Below are positions 37,531 to 46,511 of a stretch of DNA of 53,417 nt, piece by piece; the first letter of the stretch is position 1; the number at the start of each line of letters is the position of its first letter. The stretch comes from a virus (lineage: Duplodnaviria > Caudoviricetes). Under the pieces are notes generated by a model that was given only the letters and a program-made list of their open reading frames with translations, did not search any database and was not told the origin of the DNA. Both the position numbers and the translations under genes were made by a program. The stretch spans positions 1 to 53,417 of IMG/VR virus record IMGVR_UViG_3300032278_000010. One strand, 5' to 3'.

Positions 37531-39078
37531 ATGGCTTACATAGGAAACACGCCAGCTGAGAAATATATCAGTTTATCAACACAGCATTTTTCTGTCAGTG
37601 CTACAGCTAGTTATACATTAACTAGTTCAGTAACAAATGAAGATGAAATAGCTCTGTTTATTAATAATGTCAGACAGGAACCTGGATCAAGCTACGCCTA
37701 TACTGCAACTGGTACCGCGTTAACCCTGAGTGCAGCTACGGCAGGTACTGATACCATGTACTGCGTGTATTTAGGTAAAGCGAGAGAAACTGTAACACCA
37801 CCTGCTGATTCTGTAGACGGAACCAAGATTACAGATAATGCAATTAATTCGGAACATTATGTGGATGGAAGTATTGATTTAGTTCATCTTCAAACAGGAA
37901 CAGATGGTGAGTTAATTACTTGGGATGCAAGTGGTGATCCTGCTGCTGTTGCAGTAGGCGCAGCAACTCACGTTTTAACCAGTAACGGCGCAGGGGCAGC
38001 ACCTACTTTTCAAGCAGCTAGTGGTGGTGATGTACGGAACTTCATCATAGACGGTGGCATGACCCAGAGTCCAGAGGGGAACAAAACAGCTAATGCTCAC
38101 GGAGCATATACAGCCGCCGCTTTATGGGAATTAAATGAAACTGGTGGTGATGTTGTGGTAGATACTAAATTGACCGCTGATGCCCCTACTATTGCTGAGT
38201 CTGGTTACTCAGGAACTAATTGCTTGCATGTTGATGTTACTACAGCAGAATCAGCAGTAGGAGCGGCAGAAAGTTTAGGAGTGCAATATTTTATGACAGG
38301 GTCAGATTTTGCACACTTACACCAACAACAAATAACTATATCATTTTGGCATAAACATACTAAGACAGGGATTTATTGTGTTGCTTTTGCTAATAATGCT
38401 TTTGATAGGCATTACATATTTGAGTACACACAATCATCAACAAATACTTGGGAGAAGCACACAGAAACAGTCACTATGGACAGTAGTGGTACTTGGTTGC
38501 TGACTGAGGCAGACATTGGACTTAAATTGTATTTTACTATCTTTGCTGGAACAGACAGACACGCTACAGCAGACACTTGGGCGGCGGGAGCAGATTGGGC
38601 TACATCTAGTCAGGTTGCTGGTGCTGACAGTACTAGCAATGACTTTAAGATAACACAAGTAATGCTTACACTTGGCTCTTCCGCACCAACAGCTTTCTTG
38701 GGTGAGCCTATTAGTACGGTAAGAGATCAAGTTTTATATTATGTAGAGATGCTCCCTGGCGATGTTGGTGATACAACCAACAGTGGATTTTTTGCAAATG
38801 GTCATTGTGACAGTGCTAATGTTTTACGGGCAATGATTATCTATCGACCCAAGCGTGTAGTACCTAGTCTTTCTTCTGTTTCAGCTACAACTGGCGATTA
38901 TAGTGTAAGAACAGCTGGGGCAGCCGATGCAGTAACACAAGTACCAGAATATTCAACCACAATGAAATCTAACAGCAGAGCAAATTTTACTTCAACTGGT
39001 AATTTTACTGCTGGACAAGGTGGATATGGGTATGCGTCTGCTGAAACAGGTTTAATCTTAATAGATGCGAGGCATTAA
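37531..39078 (+). CDS. tail fibre / receptor-binding protein
   Basis: MAYIGNTP N-terminus, NNVRQEP, HYVDGSID, RNFIIDG and carbohydrate-binding-like ISFW...TWEK. Confidence 0.75.
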   Translation: MAYIGNTPAEKYISLSTQHFSVSATASYTLTSSVTNEDEIALFINNVRQEPGSSYAYTATGTALTLSAATAGTDTMYCVYLGKARETVTPPADSVDGTKITDNAINSEHYVDGSIDLVHLQTGTDGELITWDASGDPAAVAVGAATHVLTSNGAGAAPTFQAASGGDVRNFIIDGGMTQSPEGNKTANAHGAYTAAALWELNETGGDVVVDTKLTADAPTIAESGYSGTNCLHVDVTTAESAVGAAESLGVQYFMTGSDFAHLHQQQITISFWHKHTKTGIYCVAFANNAFDRHYIFEYTQSSTNTWEKHTETVTMDSSGTWLLTEADIGLKLYFTIFAGTDRHATADTWAAGADWATSSQVAGADSTSNDFKITQVMLTLGSSAPTAFLGEPISTVRDQVLYYVEMLPGDVGDTTNSGFFANGHCDSANVLRAMIIYRPKRVVPSLSSVSATTGDYSVRTAGAADAVTQVPEYSTTMKSNSRANFTSTGNFTAGQGGYGYASAETGLILIDARH

Positions 39079-39256
39079 TATGTTCAAATATGTTGTTAAA
39101 CAAACCGAAGATGGTGAATTTGCCGCTTATAAATGTACTACAGAAGATGAGAGGGTTTTGTGGGTTCCTGATGATATGGGCAATAGTGATCGTCAAGTAA
39201 TAGACCAGTTCGTAGCAGACGGTGGAACAATCACAGAAGAGGAAATGGGAAAATGA
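39065..39256 (+). CDS. tail-fibre chaperone-like small protein
   Basis: VPDDMGNSDRQ...VADGGTI; follows fibre gene. Confidence 0.6.
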   Translation: MRGINMFKYVVKQTEDGEFAAYKCTTEDERVLWVPDDMGNSDRQVIDQFVADGGTITEEEMGK

Positions 39257-39294
39257 GTGTTACTAAAGTAAAATCAGATATACCAAAGGAATAA
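39253..39294 (+). pseudogene. 13-aa deletion remnant of a fibre+chaperone cassette
   Basis: MSVTKVKSDIPKE*: start like MSITKV (42795), end like KYPKE (40411, 42791). Confidence 0.55.
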
Positions 39295-39297
39295 ACT

Positions 39298-40062
39298 ATG
39301 GCACTTAGTAAAATAAAATCAAGTATGTTAGACGGTGCATTACCAGCTGTTGATGGATCAGCAATAACAGGTATAACTCATACACCAGCAAATAATTCAG
39401 TTGATGAAACAAAAGTAAAGGATGCTTTCGTAGCGGATTTCACGGAAGTTACAGTTGCTACTGGAGACAGTATTCTTTTGGGAGATGCAACTGATAGTGG
39501 TAATACAAAGAGAGATACAGTACAGGGAATTTTAGATTTAGCAGGTGGAGGTGAAGATGGTTTAACCAATAACTCCAATACAACTTGGATGGAAGTTAGT
39601 GCTGATGAAGAAGTTACTACTCCGTTGCAACCATCTTTTTCAGCATATTTAACAAGTAATGGTACTGGTGTTATTGGCGGTGCAACTACTTATCATATAA
39701 CTCAGGCGTTTACAGAACACTTTGATATTGGTAGTAATTTTGATGCTTCTAGTGGCACATTTACTGCACCAGTTACAGGAAAATATTTATTAGCTACTTG
39801 GATACATGCAAGCGGTATTGATGCCGCACATAGTTATTATGAAGCGATGTTTACTACTTCAAATTTTCAATATAGATTCGATCATAATGAATTAGATAGT
39901 GGATTCGCAGGGACATGGTATGCAAAAGGAACAATTGTAGCTGATATGGATGCGAGTGATACAGCTTATTTGACTTATAGATTATCTGGTGGATCAACAG
40001 GAACAGCAAACATATCAGGTGGTACTACTGGAGTTTGGTTTAGTGGAATGTTAATAGGATAA
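39298..40062 (+). CDS. tail fibre with C-terminal C1q-like domain
   Basis: PSFSAY, FDIGSNFD...GTFTAPVTGKY, WFSGMLIG. Confidence 0.75.
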   Translation: MALSKIKSSMLDGALPAVDGSAITGITHTPANNSVDETKVKDAFVADFTEVTVATGDSILLGDATDSGNTKRDTVQGILDLAGGGEDGLTNNSNTTWMEVSADEEVTTPLQPSFSAYLTSNGTGVIGGATTYHITQAFTEHFDIGSNFDASSGTFTAPVTGKYLLATWIHASGIDAAHSYYEAMFTTSNFQYRFDHNELDSGFAGTWYAKGTIVADMDASDTAYLTYRLSGGSTGTANISGGTTGVWFSGMLIG

Positions 40063-40066
40063 AAAA

Positions 40067-40411
40067 ATGCAATTAACAAAAAAACAATTAGCAGTTTTAA
40101 ATCATGTAGTAATAGATGGTCAGTTGTGGGCTGATAATGCAACAGAAGAACATATGTTAGCAAAAGTTGCAAGATGGGAAGTTGATTATGAAACAGCGTT
40201 AGCTAAAGGTGATTATAAAACTCGTAAACAAAGAGATGATGTTGATGTGCAGAGAGTACAAGACGAACGTGATAATGTTTCATATGCTGTTAAACGAAAG
40301 CGTGAATACCCATCTGAAGGCGATCAACTAGACAAAATTTACCACGATGGTATAGATGCGTGGAAAGCCGATATGATTAAACCAGTTAAAGATAAATATC
40401 CAAAGGAATAA
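40067..40411 (+). CDS. tail-fibre chaperone-like protein
   Basis: C-terminal RKREYPSEGDQLDKIYH...VKDKYPKE. Confidence 0.7.
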   Translation: MQLTKKQLAVLNHVVIDGQLWADNATEEHMLAKVARWEVDYETALAKGDYKTRKQRDDVDVQRVQDERDNVSYAVKRKREYPSEGDQLDKIYHDGIDAWKADMIKPVKDKYPKE

Positions 40412-40417
40412 ACTATG
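40322..40417 (+). repeat. near-identical copy of 42702-42797
   Basis: Both encode DQLDKIYH.GIDAWKADM.KPVKDKYPKE* plus the next ATG; mostly synonymous differences. Confidence 0.85.
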
Positions 40418-40819
40418 CCCTATATAGGAAGATCAGTAAATTATGGTAATGCCGTTACGGAACAATTCGTCGGAGATGGCTCAGCTGATTATACATTAGC
40501 TTATGAAACTATAACTGACGGAGTTGTTGTAAGCCTGGATGGTGTAGTACAGGTAAATGGTACTGACTTTAATATTTTAGGGACTGTAATTACGTTTACG
40601 AGTGTTGTTGCTTCTCCAATCGATATTAATATCATCTATCTCGGTTTAACAATTTCAATAGGAACACCTTCAGATAGTTCTATAACTCTTGCTAAAATGG
40701 CTGCTAATAGTGTGGATTCTGACCAGTATGTAGATGGAAGTATAGATGGTGAACATTTGACGGCTGTTATGAACCCCTCATTAACCAGTACAGGCAAGGC
40801 ATTAGTTCTTGGATTTTAA
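40415..40819 (+). CDS. short tail-fibre-like protein
   Basis: MPYIG N-terminus, LDGVVQ and QYVDGSID shared with 37531. Confidence 0.7.
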   Translation: MPYIGRSVNYGNAVTEQFVGDGSADYTLAYETITDGVVVSLDGVVQVNGTDFNILGTVITFTSVVASPIDINIIYLGLTISIGTPSDSSITLAKMAANSVDSDQYVDGSIDGEHLTAVMNPSLTSTGKALVLGF

Positions 40820-40831
40820 CGGAGATCAATT

Positions 40832-41161
40832 ATGGCAAGTGAAGTTTTAGGAGTTAAATTAGAGGCGACATTATCAAATGTTGAAAGAGTCCTTATCAAC
40901 GGTGTGAGCGGTCACACCTATACCATTTTATCCATTACATTTTGCGAAGAGGCAGCGGCGGCTGAAACATTCGATCTTTACATAGACGATGATGGTGGAG
41001 GAACTGACTACTATATTTACAAGGCTCAAGCAATAGGAGCAAACCAGACCTTTGAACATACAGGAAGAATTGTTCTTGTGGACGAGGATCATCTTTGTGC
41101 AATACTTACAGGTACAGGCAATGTTGATGTGGTGGTTAGCTATCTCGATCAGACTAGATAG
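40832..41161 (+). CDS. small virion beta-sandwich protein (similar to 37189)
   Basis: Same length (109 aa) and YYI...I......RIVL...D layout. Confidence 0.6.
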   Translation: MASEVLGVKLEATLSNVERVLINGVSGHTYTILSITFCEEAAAAETFDLYIDDDGGGTDYYIYKAQAIGANQTFEHTGRIVLVDEDHLCAILTGTGNVDVVVSYLDQTR

Positions 41162-41173
41162 GAGATATAAATT

Positions 41174-41692
41174 ATGAGTGGAATTGTAGGTGGTAAAAAC
41201 CATAGAGGATCTGGACTGATTGCGGACTTAGGTACTGATGGTCAAATCCTAACAAGTGCCGGGGCTGGAGTGCGCCAGATATTTGAAGCTGCTGCTGGTG
41301 GAACAGGTAAGTCTTACTACACACGTATCCAATATGATGCTACTGCTTCTACAGCAACAACCGCTTATACTGGCTTTGGTTTTGCTCCTAAAAGTCTAGT
41401 AGCTTTTAACGGTAATTATCCGATAGATGAAGCTTACTCCCTAGGATTCGCTGAAAAAACAGACGGCAATGGTGGTGGAAAAGAAACAGGTAATTGCTGG
41501 CATGCTAATGTGCATGGTGACGCTGACGATGCTCGATCCAACGATAACACCAGATTTCTTGTGCATTCACAAGATGATGGCCAATCCTATGCTAATATTG
41601 CGGCTTGGGGTACAGATGGAATAACAATAACAACTACTAAAGTTAGCTCACCAACTGGAACTGTTATTATGGATATTCAATTTTACGGATAA
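41174..41692 (+). CDS. tail-fibre tip-like protein
   Basis: GTDGQILTSAGAG linker, TGFGFAP. Confidence 0.65.
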   Translation: MSGIVGGKNHRGSGLIADLGTDGQILTSAGAGVRQIFEAAAGGTGKSYYTRIQYDATASTATTAYTGFGFAPKSLVAFNGNYPIDEAYSLGFAEKTDGNGGGKETGNCWHANVHGDADDARSNDNTRFLVHSQDDGQSYANIAAWGTDGITITTTKVSSPTGTVIMDIQFYG

Positions 41693-41719
41693 GATAAAGA
41701 ATGAAAATAATATAAAAAA

Positions 41720-42349
41720 ATGCCTTATATTCAACATAATTGGGGGCCATATGTACTCGAATTTGTGGTAGATGATGACCTGATAAAAATCTTGTTGGAT
41801 GAAGGTGCTAAGAGTCGGAAGAATAATCTTGATTACAGAAATCAACTGGCTGGGCAGATTGAAGAGGAGTTTTACTATAAGGATTATGATTGGTTTCTAT
41901 CTGGCTTTCAGCGGTATCTAACCGATTATATGAACGGACTTGAACAATATGCCAAGACTACTCATATTGAGCATTGGCAACATCCATATAATTCTTGGAC
42001 GCTAGGAAACCTGTGGATTAATTACCAGAAAGCAAATGAATATAATCCTCCACATAAACACTCAGGTGATTTGTCGTTTGTAATTTATTTACAAGTACCT
42101 GATGAAATAAAACGGGAACATTCTGAAAGGCTTGATCAACATCGCAATGAAGGGCCGGGAATGATTCTCTTTGACTATGGTATGGATATGCCTTTTTCAA
42201 GAAGCAGAATCAGACACATGCCAAAAACTGGTGATGCGTTTATATTTCCTGCATGGCTGGTTCATCATGTTCATGCTTTTAAATCAGATGTTGAAAGAAT
42301 CTCTGTCTCTGGAAATATTATTTTAAATAAGAAAGCAACGAAGGAGTAA
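41720..42349 (+). CDS. 2OG-Fe(II) oxygenase
   Basis: WINYQ...YNPPHKH, LSFVIYL, FIFPAWLVHHV, RISVSGN. Confidence 0.9.
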   Translation: MPYIQHNWGPYVLEFVVDDDLIKILLDEGAKSRKNNLDYRNQLAGQIEEEFYYKDYDWFLSGFQRYLTDYMNGLEQYAKTTHIEHWQHPYNSWTLGNLWINYQKANEYNPPHKHSGDLSFVIYLQVPDEIKREHSERLDQHRNEGPGMILFDYGMDMPFSRSRIRHMPKTGDAFIFPAWLVHHVHAFKSDVERISVSGNIILNKKATKE

Positions 42350-42353
42350 AATT

Positions 42354-42791
42354 ATGGATAGAGTATGTCGTTTTGTTGGAGAGTCACATATTAGGTATAA
42401 CAAAGGTGATATTATTTCTATTCAATCAGGGGGTGATACTGAAAATTTCAGAAAACAATATAAGGCTCACCTTACAGATGATGAATGGGAGGAATATAAA
42501 GCCTCTATTCTTGATACGCTCAAACAAAACGCTTTACAAATTAGTTATAACGATAAAAATCTAACCGAAGCAGAGATTCAGGTTCAGTGGGAAGATGCTG
42601 ATGGTACACATTGGGCAGATTTGGATGCACAAGGTAAAACTTACGAAAATTCAAAAATAACTTATGATATGAAACGAAAAAAAGCATACCCTAAAGTTAG
42701 GGATCAACTTGACAAGATTTATCACGAAGGCATAGATGCGTGGAAGGCCGATATGGTTAAACCAGTGAAAGATAAATACCCAAAGGAATAA
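42354..42791 (+). CDS. tail-fibre chaperone-like protein
   Basis: C-terminus nearly identical to 40067..40411. Confidence 0.7.
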   Translation: MDRVCRFVGESHIRYNKGDIISIQSGGDTENFRKQYKAHLTDDEWEEYKASILDTLKQNALQISYNDKNLTEAEIQVQWEDADGTHWADLDAQGKTYENSKITYDMKRKKAYPKVRDQLDKIYHEGIDAWKADMVKPVKDKYPKE

Positions 42792-42794
42792 ATT

Positions 42795-43523
42795 ATGAGT
42801 ATAACCAAAGTAACAGGAATGATGCAAACAGGTACAAAAGGTGGTGACATACCATCTGCCGGTACTATGGTTATTGATACAGACGGTGATTATTTTGATA
42901 TTACTGGTACTACTGGGATTACTGGTATGACCGTAGCAGCAGGAAGACGATTCACTCTACAGTTTGATGGGGCAGTAACAATAACAGACAACGCTGCTAT
43001 TACCTTATCTGGAGCCGCTAACTTTACAACTGCTGCAGGGGATATTCTGTCATTTATTGCTGTAGCAGCTAACACAGTTGTACAGACAGGCTACTCATTA
43101 GTGGATGGCGGTAGTCCAGTAGCTCCTAGTGGTGGTGATACAGTTACTCAATTCGCAAGGAAAATATATATCCACGATCTTACTGCCGCAACTGGAACAG
43201 TAGCTCTTACTGGTGTTGGATTTGTCCCACAGTTAATTATGTTTATTTGTAATAAAGATCAAGAACTGGCAGGTGGTATTGGTTTTTCAACTGGTTCAGG
43301 GGCAAATAACTGGGGTTGGTACTTTGAAGATGATTCTACAGAAACTTCTGGTAACGCTAATAGTTATTTTAGTTATTATTGGAGCAATACTGGTGGGCAT
43401 TACAAAAGTTTTGCGGTCAATTCTCTTGATGCGGATGGTTTTACTGTTGGGTGGGCTAAAACAGGCACAACTACTGGTAGTTATTATATTGAGGCGTTAT
43501 GCTTTAGATTCATCGCTGATTGA
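42795..43523 (+). CDS. tail-fibre-like protein
   Basis: MSITKV, FDITGTTGIT, NFTTAAGD, TGVGFVP, DADGFT. Confidence 0.7.
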   Translation: MSITKVTGMMQTGTKGGDIPSAGTMVIDTDGDYFDITGTTGITGMTVAAGRRFTLQFDGAVTITDNAAITLSGAANFTTAAGDILSFIAVAANTVVQTGYSLVDGGSPVAPSGGDTVTQFARKIYIHDLTAATGTVALTGVGFVPQLIMFICNKDQELAGGIGFSTGSGANNWGWYFEDDSTETSGNANSYFSYYWSNTGGHYKSFAVNSLDADGFTVGWAKTGTTTGSYYIEALCFRFIAD

Positions 43524-43536
43524 TAAAGGATAATTT

Positions 43537-43869
43537 ATGAGATATGTAAAACAAAAATCAACAGGCAGATACTTACACGCTGAGAGTGGTGGTGATCCTA
43601 GTAAGCCTGAACATTTGCAGATTATGTTGGATGATGTTTCTCGTAACAGGAGCATTGATCTGTCTGATTTGGAGGCTGGGTATGGTGATGATGTTGAAAT
43701 AGTAGCAGAATATCAGGCACAAGATTTAGCAGTCAAAACTTACGCAGAAAAGAGAAGGATGGAATATCCATCAATTCTTGAACTGACGGTAGCCCTCTAC
43801 GACACAGACGATAAGGCAGCCATCGAGAAACGCAGGGCAGATGTGAAGGCGAAGTATCCTAAACCGTAA
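43537..43869 (+). CDS. tail-fibre chaperone-like protein
   Basis: YAEKRRMEYP...VKAKYPKP C-terminus. Confidence 0.7.
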   Translation: MRYVKQKSTGRYLHAESGGDPSKPEHLQIMLDDVSRNRSIDLSDLEAGYGDDVEIVAEYQAQDLAVKTYAEKRRMEYPSILELTVALYDTDDKAAIEKRRADVKAKYPKP

Positions 43870-44232
43870 TGAAAATATTTCTCTGGATTTTAGGTGGTGC
43901 TACAGTTGTTGGAGTTGGTTTGTTTATAGCTTATGTAATTGCAATGTCGAGAATACACTAAATGGAAGTTCTAGATATATGGAATGACTTAGGGTACATA
44001 GAGGGGTTTTTGTTTTCATTATGGATAGGACTTATGTATTACGGCAAGTGTTGGGTGGATTCTAAATTTAAATGAGATTATTATTTGGCATTATAATTAT
44101 TCTAGTTGTGGCATATTATTTATCCGGTTTCTAATGAAAGAGAGAATCTATTTCGTGTTAGTAATGGTATTAATTCAGATGGTACTTGGCTACGGCTTCG
44201 GTGGTGGGAGCTTTTGTTATGCCGCCATCTAA
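43869..44232 (+). CDS. four coupled membrane microproteins (43869-43961, 43962-44075, 44072-44134, 44134-44232)
   Basis: Manual translation; TAATG/ATGA overlaps or abutting stops and starts; each with a hydrophobic segment. Confidence 0.6.
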
Positions 44233-44491
44233 TAAAGCAATACATGAACTAAAAGAATTTATAGAAGATAAATTTAAAAGCCATGAAGATCTGGAAGCAT
44301 TAAGATTCAAGAGAATAGACGAATTAATTAATAGTTTTGGCAAGGAAATAGACTCGAATGAAGAAACAGTAAAAAGAATTCATACTCGCGTAGATAGAAT
44401 AGAACAAAGTATAAAAGTAGTTAAGGGTATGGGAACAGCCGTAGCGACTGTTTTAGGCGCGGCTGCTGCTTGGTTGGGAATGCAGAAATAA
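44219..44491 (+). CDS. coiled-coil protein with C-terminal TM helix (holin/XhlA-like)
   Basis: RIHTRVDRIE...GMGTAVATVLGAAAAWLG; start MPPSNK after GGGAG. Confidence 0.6.
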   Translation: MPPSNKAIHELKEFIEDKFKSHEDLEALRFKRIDELINSFGKEIDSNEETVKRIHTRVDRIEQSIKVVKGMGTAVATVLGAAAAWLGMQK

Positions 44492-44492
44492 C

Positions 44493-44761
44493 ATGAAAAA
44501 TAACTTTTTCTTCTTCTTCTTCTTTTTGTTAATATATATACAAGTAGGAGGTTGTGTTTTTATCAGCACAACAGCCGGAAGTTTTATAGGACATCTCGGA
44601 GCAGAGATTGTGGCAGAAGAACTGGAACATAACACGAAATGTGATAAAATAACTAAAAAGGAGCCGTAATGGGTGACAATTTTTTTACCAAACATATGGA
44701 TAAATTCATATGGTTCATGGTCGGGTGGGCTATATCGGTCATGTTTTATAAAATGATATAA
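44493..44761 (+). CDS. two coupled small proteins (44493-44669 possible lipoprotein; 44669-44761 membrane peptide)
   Basis: MKNNFFFFFFFLLIYIQVGGC lipobox-like; TAATG coupling. Confidence 0.5.
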
Positions 44762-44771
44762 AAAGGAGATA

Positions 44772-44978
44772 GTGATGGATTGGTTAATGAGCCAACCATG
44801 GTTTTTCCACTTGGCGACGATAGTGCTATGCGCCAACGTTGTAACCATGATCCTGAAGGACAGGTACGCCGAAGATTTGCCCATCGTGGGGAAACTCTGG
44901 CCTATTTTGAACTGGTTTTCATTTAATGTTTTCAACAACGCGAACGCCCCGGACGGGATGGACGGCAAAAAGAAGTAG
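44772..44978 (+). CDS. small membrane protein (possible holin)
   Basis: AAGGAG SD; TM segment then ILNWFSFNVFNN. Confidence 0.6.
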   Translation: MMDWLMSQPWFFHLATIVLCANVVTMILKDRYAEDLPIVGKLWPILNWFSFNVFNNANAPDGMDGKKK

Positions 44979-44985
44979 AAAAATC

Positions 44986-45014
44986 TTGACTTGAAACCGC
45001 CCTTCCTGTACGCT
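44986..45014 (+). promoter_or_regulatory. sigma70-like promoter
   Basis: TTGACT-N17-TACGCT. Confidence 0.55.
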
Positions 45015-45146
45015 TGGTTTAGAGAATACGTGAAAACGCGAAACCGAGATGACAGGAATGATCAAGGCGAAACAGAATATAATCGAGAAGGGAACGGTGT
45101 TTACGGGTAACGCCTTGCCCTTCCTGACATCCGCTTGCCCTTCATT

Positions 45147-45180
45147 GCCACGCGTGGATTCGTCCTCGCGTGGCTTTTTT
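45147..45180 (+). terminator. intrinsic terminator
   Basis: GCCACGCG..TTCG..CGCGTGGC followed by T6. Confidence 0.8.
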
Positions 45181-45232
45181 AATGGGGTTTTAATGTTGCG
45201 TTAATCTAATTTTAATGTTGGGATGATATACT
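45179..45232 (+). promoter_or_regulatory. four TTAA at 11-bp period plus TATACT -10
   Basis: TTAA at 45179, 45190, 45201, 45212; TATACT at 45227. Confidence 0.7.
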
Positions 45233-45239
45233 GGGTATA

Positions 45240-45539
45240 ATGAAAAAGTTAATGCGTTCAAAAATAAAAGCTTTGAAACCCGGGGAACCAGTAGTCGTGG
45301 AGTGGATGGACGCGGGGTTTGATGATAATGATCCGATCTCGTGGTCTAATATGAAACAAATATCGGATCTCAAGGAAATAATGATCAAGTCCGTGGGGTT
45401 TTTTATAAAATCAACCCAGAACACCTTATTCTTCTGCATGAGTATGGACGAGGCGGGAAAAGATGAAACCAATATAGCCAACAAGGGGCAAATCCCAATG
45501 GGCTGTATAAAAACTGTTAAAAGATGGGGGGACGAATGA
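45240..45539 (+). CDS. small phage protein
   Basis: VVVEWMDA...W...SVGF...IPMGCIKTV pattern. Confidence 0.7.
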   Translation: MKKLMRSKIKALKPGEPVVVEWMDAGFDDNDPISWSNMKQISDLKEIMIKSVGFFIKSTQNTLFFCMSMDEAGKDETNIANKGQIPMGCIKTVKRWGDE

Positions 45540-45997
45540 ACGAGATAAAGAAAATAATCATCCATTGTTCAGATTCTGACTTCGGGTCCGCCAGTATTAT
45601 TGATGAGTGGCATAAAGCCCGTGGGTGGGATGGAATCGGTTATCATTATGTGATTACCAATGGAGTACAGGAATCGTGTCGCAAGTATAAGGGGAGCGAC
45701 GATGGCATAATCCAAGAAGGACGCAATCTGGAGAAAAAAGGCGCCCATGTAAGGGGCCATAATTCGGACAGCATAGGCGTCTGCCTGATAGGAAAACATC
45801 ATTTTACAGGCAAACAAATGTTCGACGCTTTACCGACCTTATTGAGCCTTTTACTTTCCGCTTATAAACTGACCCCAGATAACATATTCGGGCATAATGA
45901 ATTCAACCCGGAAAAAACGTGTCCTAATTTTAACGTGAACGATTTGAGAAATCTCTTGAAAGGAACAACTTATGTTACACCCGGTCAAAGTGTTTGA
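45524..45997 (+). CDS. N-acetylmuramoyl-L-alanine amidase (T7 lysozyme-like endolysin)
   Basis: IIIHCS, GWDGIGYHY, GAHVRGHN, GHNE...KTCP. Confidence 0.93.
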   Translation: MGGRMNEIKKIIIHCSDSDFGSASIIDEWHKARGWDGIGYHYVITNGVQESCRKYKGSDDGIIQEGRNLEKKGAHVRGHNSDSIGVCLIGKHHFTGKQMFDALPTLLSLLLSAYKLTPDNIFGHNEFNPEKTCPNFNVNDLRNLLKGTTYVTPGQSV

Positions 45998-46190
45998 CAG
46001 CAACGGGAACTTGAAGAAAATAATTTCTACCGAAGAATTAGAAGAGCGTTTTTGGAACCCCGGGTTTCATAAACTTATTTCAAAAAAAGGCAACTCAAAC
46101 AGTCGTTTCTTTACACCCAAGGGGAAAACGCTGAAAAACGAATCTGAGAATAGTTTGAGCCATGGCACATTTCATCCGGAAATATCATAA
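45972..46190 (+). CDS. small hypothetical protein
   Basis: MLHPVKVFDSNGNLKKIIS, AAGGA SD. Confidence 0.6.
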   Translation: MLHPVKVFDSNGNLKKIISTEELEERFWNPGFHKLISKKGNSNSRFFTPKGKTLKNESENSLSHGTFHPEIS

Positions 46191-46407
46191 AATGGGGGTT
46201 TTCATTTTTTTAGCCTTGTTAAACATATGTATGGCAATCCCTATAAAAAAAGCTACCGCACAACCAGAACTGATCGCGTTGCCGGAATTCATGCAGTGTA
46301 CTTGTGATTCAGGAACTTTTTGTTTGACAGATGACGACGTTATGCGGTTACACGCATGGCATGAAAACGTAAAATATTTGGAGAATCGTCGCCTTTTCAT
46401 TCGTTGA
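46162..46407 (+). CDS. small exported/membrane protein (possible spanin)
   Basis: Hydrophobic N-terminal segment, several Cys. Confidence 0.4.
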   Translation: MAHFIRKYHKMGVFIFLALLNICMAIPIKKATAQPELIALPEFMQCTCDSGTFCLTDDDVMRLHAWHENVKYLENRRLFIR

Positions 46408-46511
46408 GTGGGCCGACGCCGTATCGGGCGACTTAAATACGGTACGGGTTTTTCGCGGTGACGGAGGGCATCGAGCCTACACCCTCCTTAACTTTTAAAT
46501 TGGAGATTAGA

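Noticed and set aside
37531-43869. Diversity-generating retroelement or invertase shufflon
   Set aside because: No reverse transcriptase or recombinase in the window; repeats are direct and differences are not adenine-specific
44453-44968. 171-aa minus-strand ORF and other antisense ORFs in the track (e.g. 46488..47051, 48078..48461)
   Set aside because: Shadows of well-supported plus-strand genes
46411-46490. Small pseudoknot/hairpin upstream of the DUF2800-SSB operon
   Set aside because: Stems of only 4 bp with competing pairings; too weak without homologues
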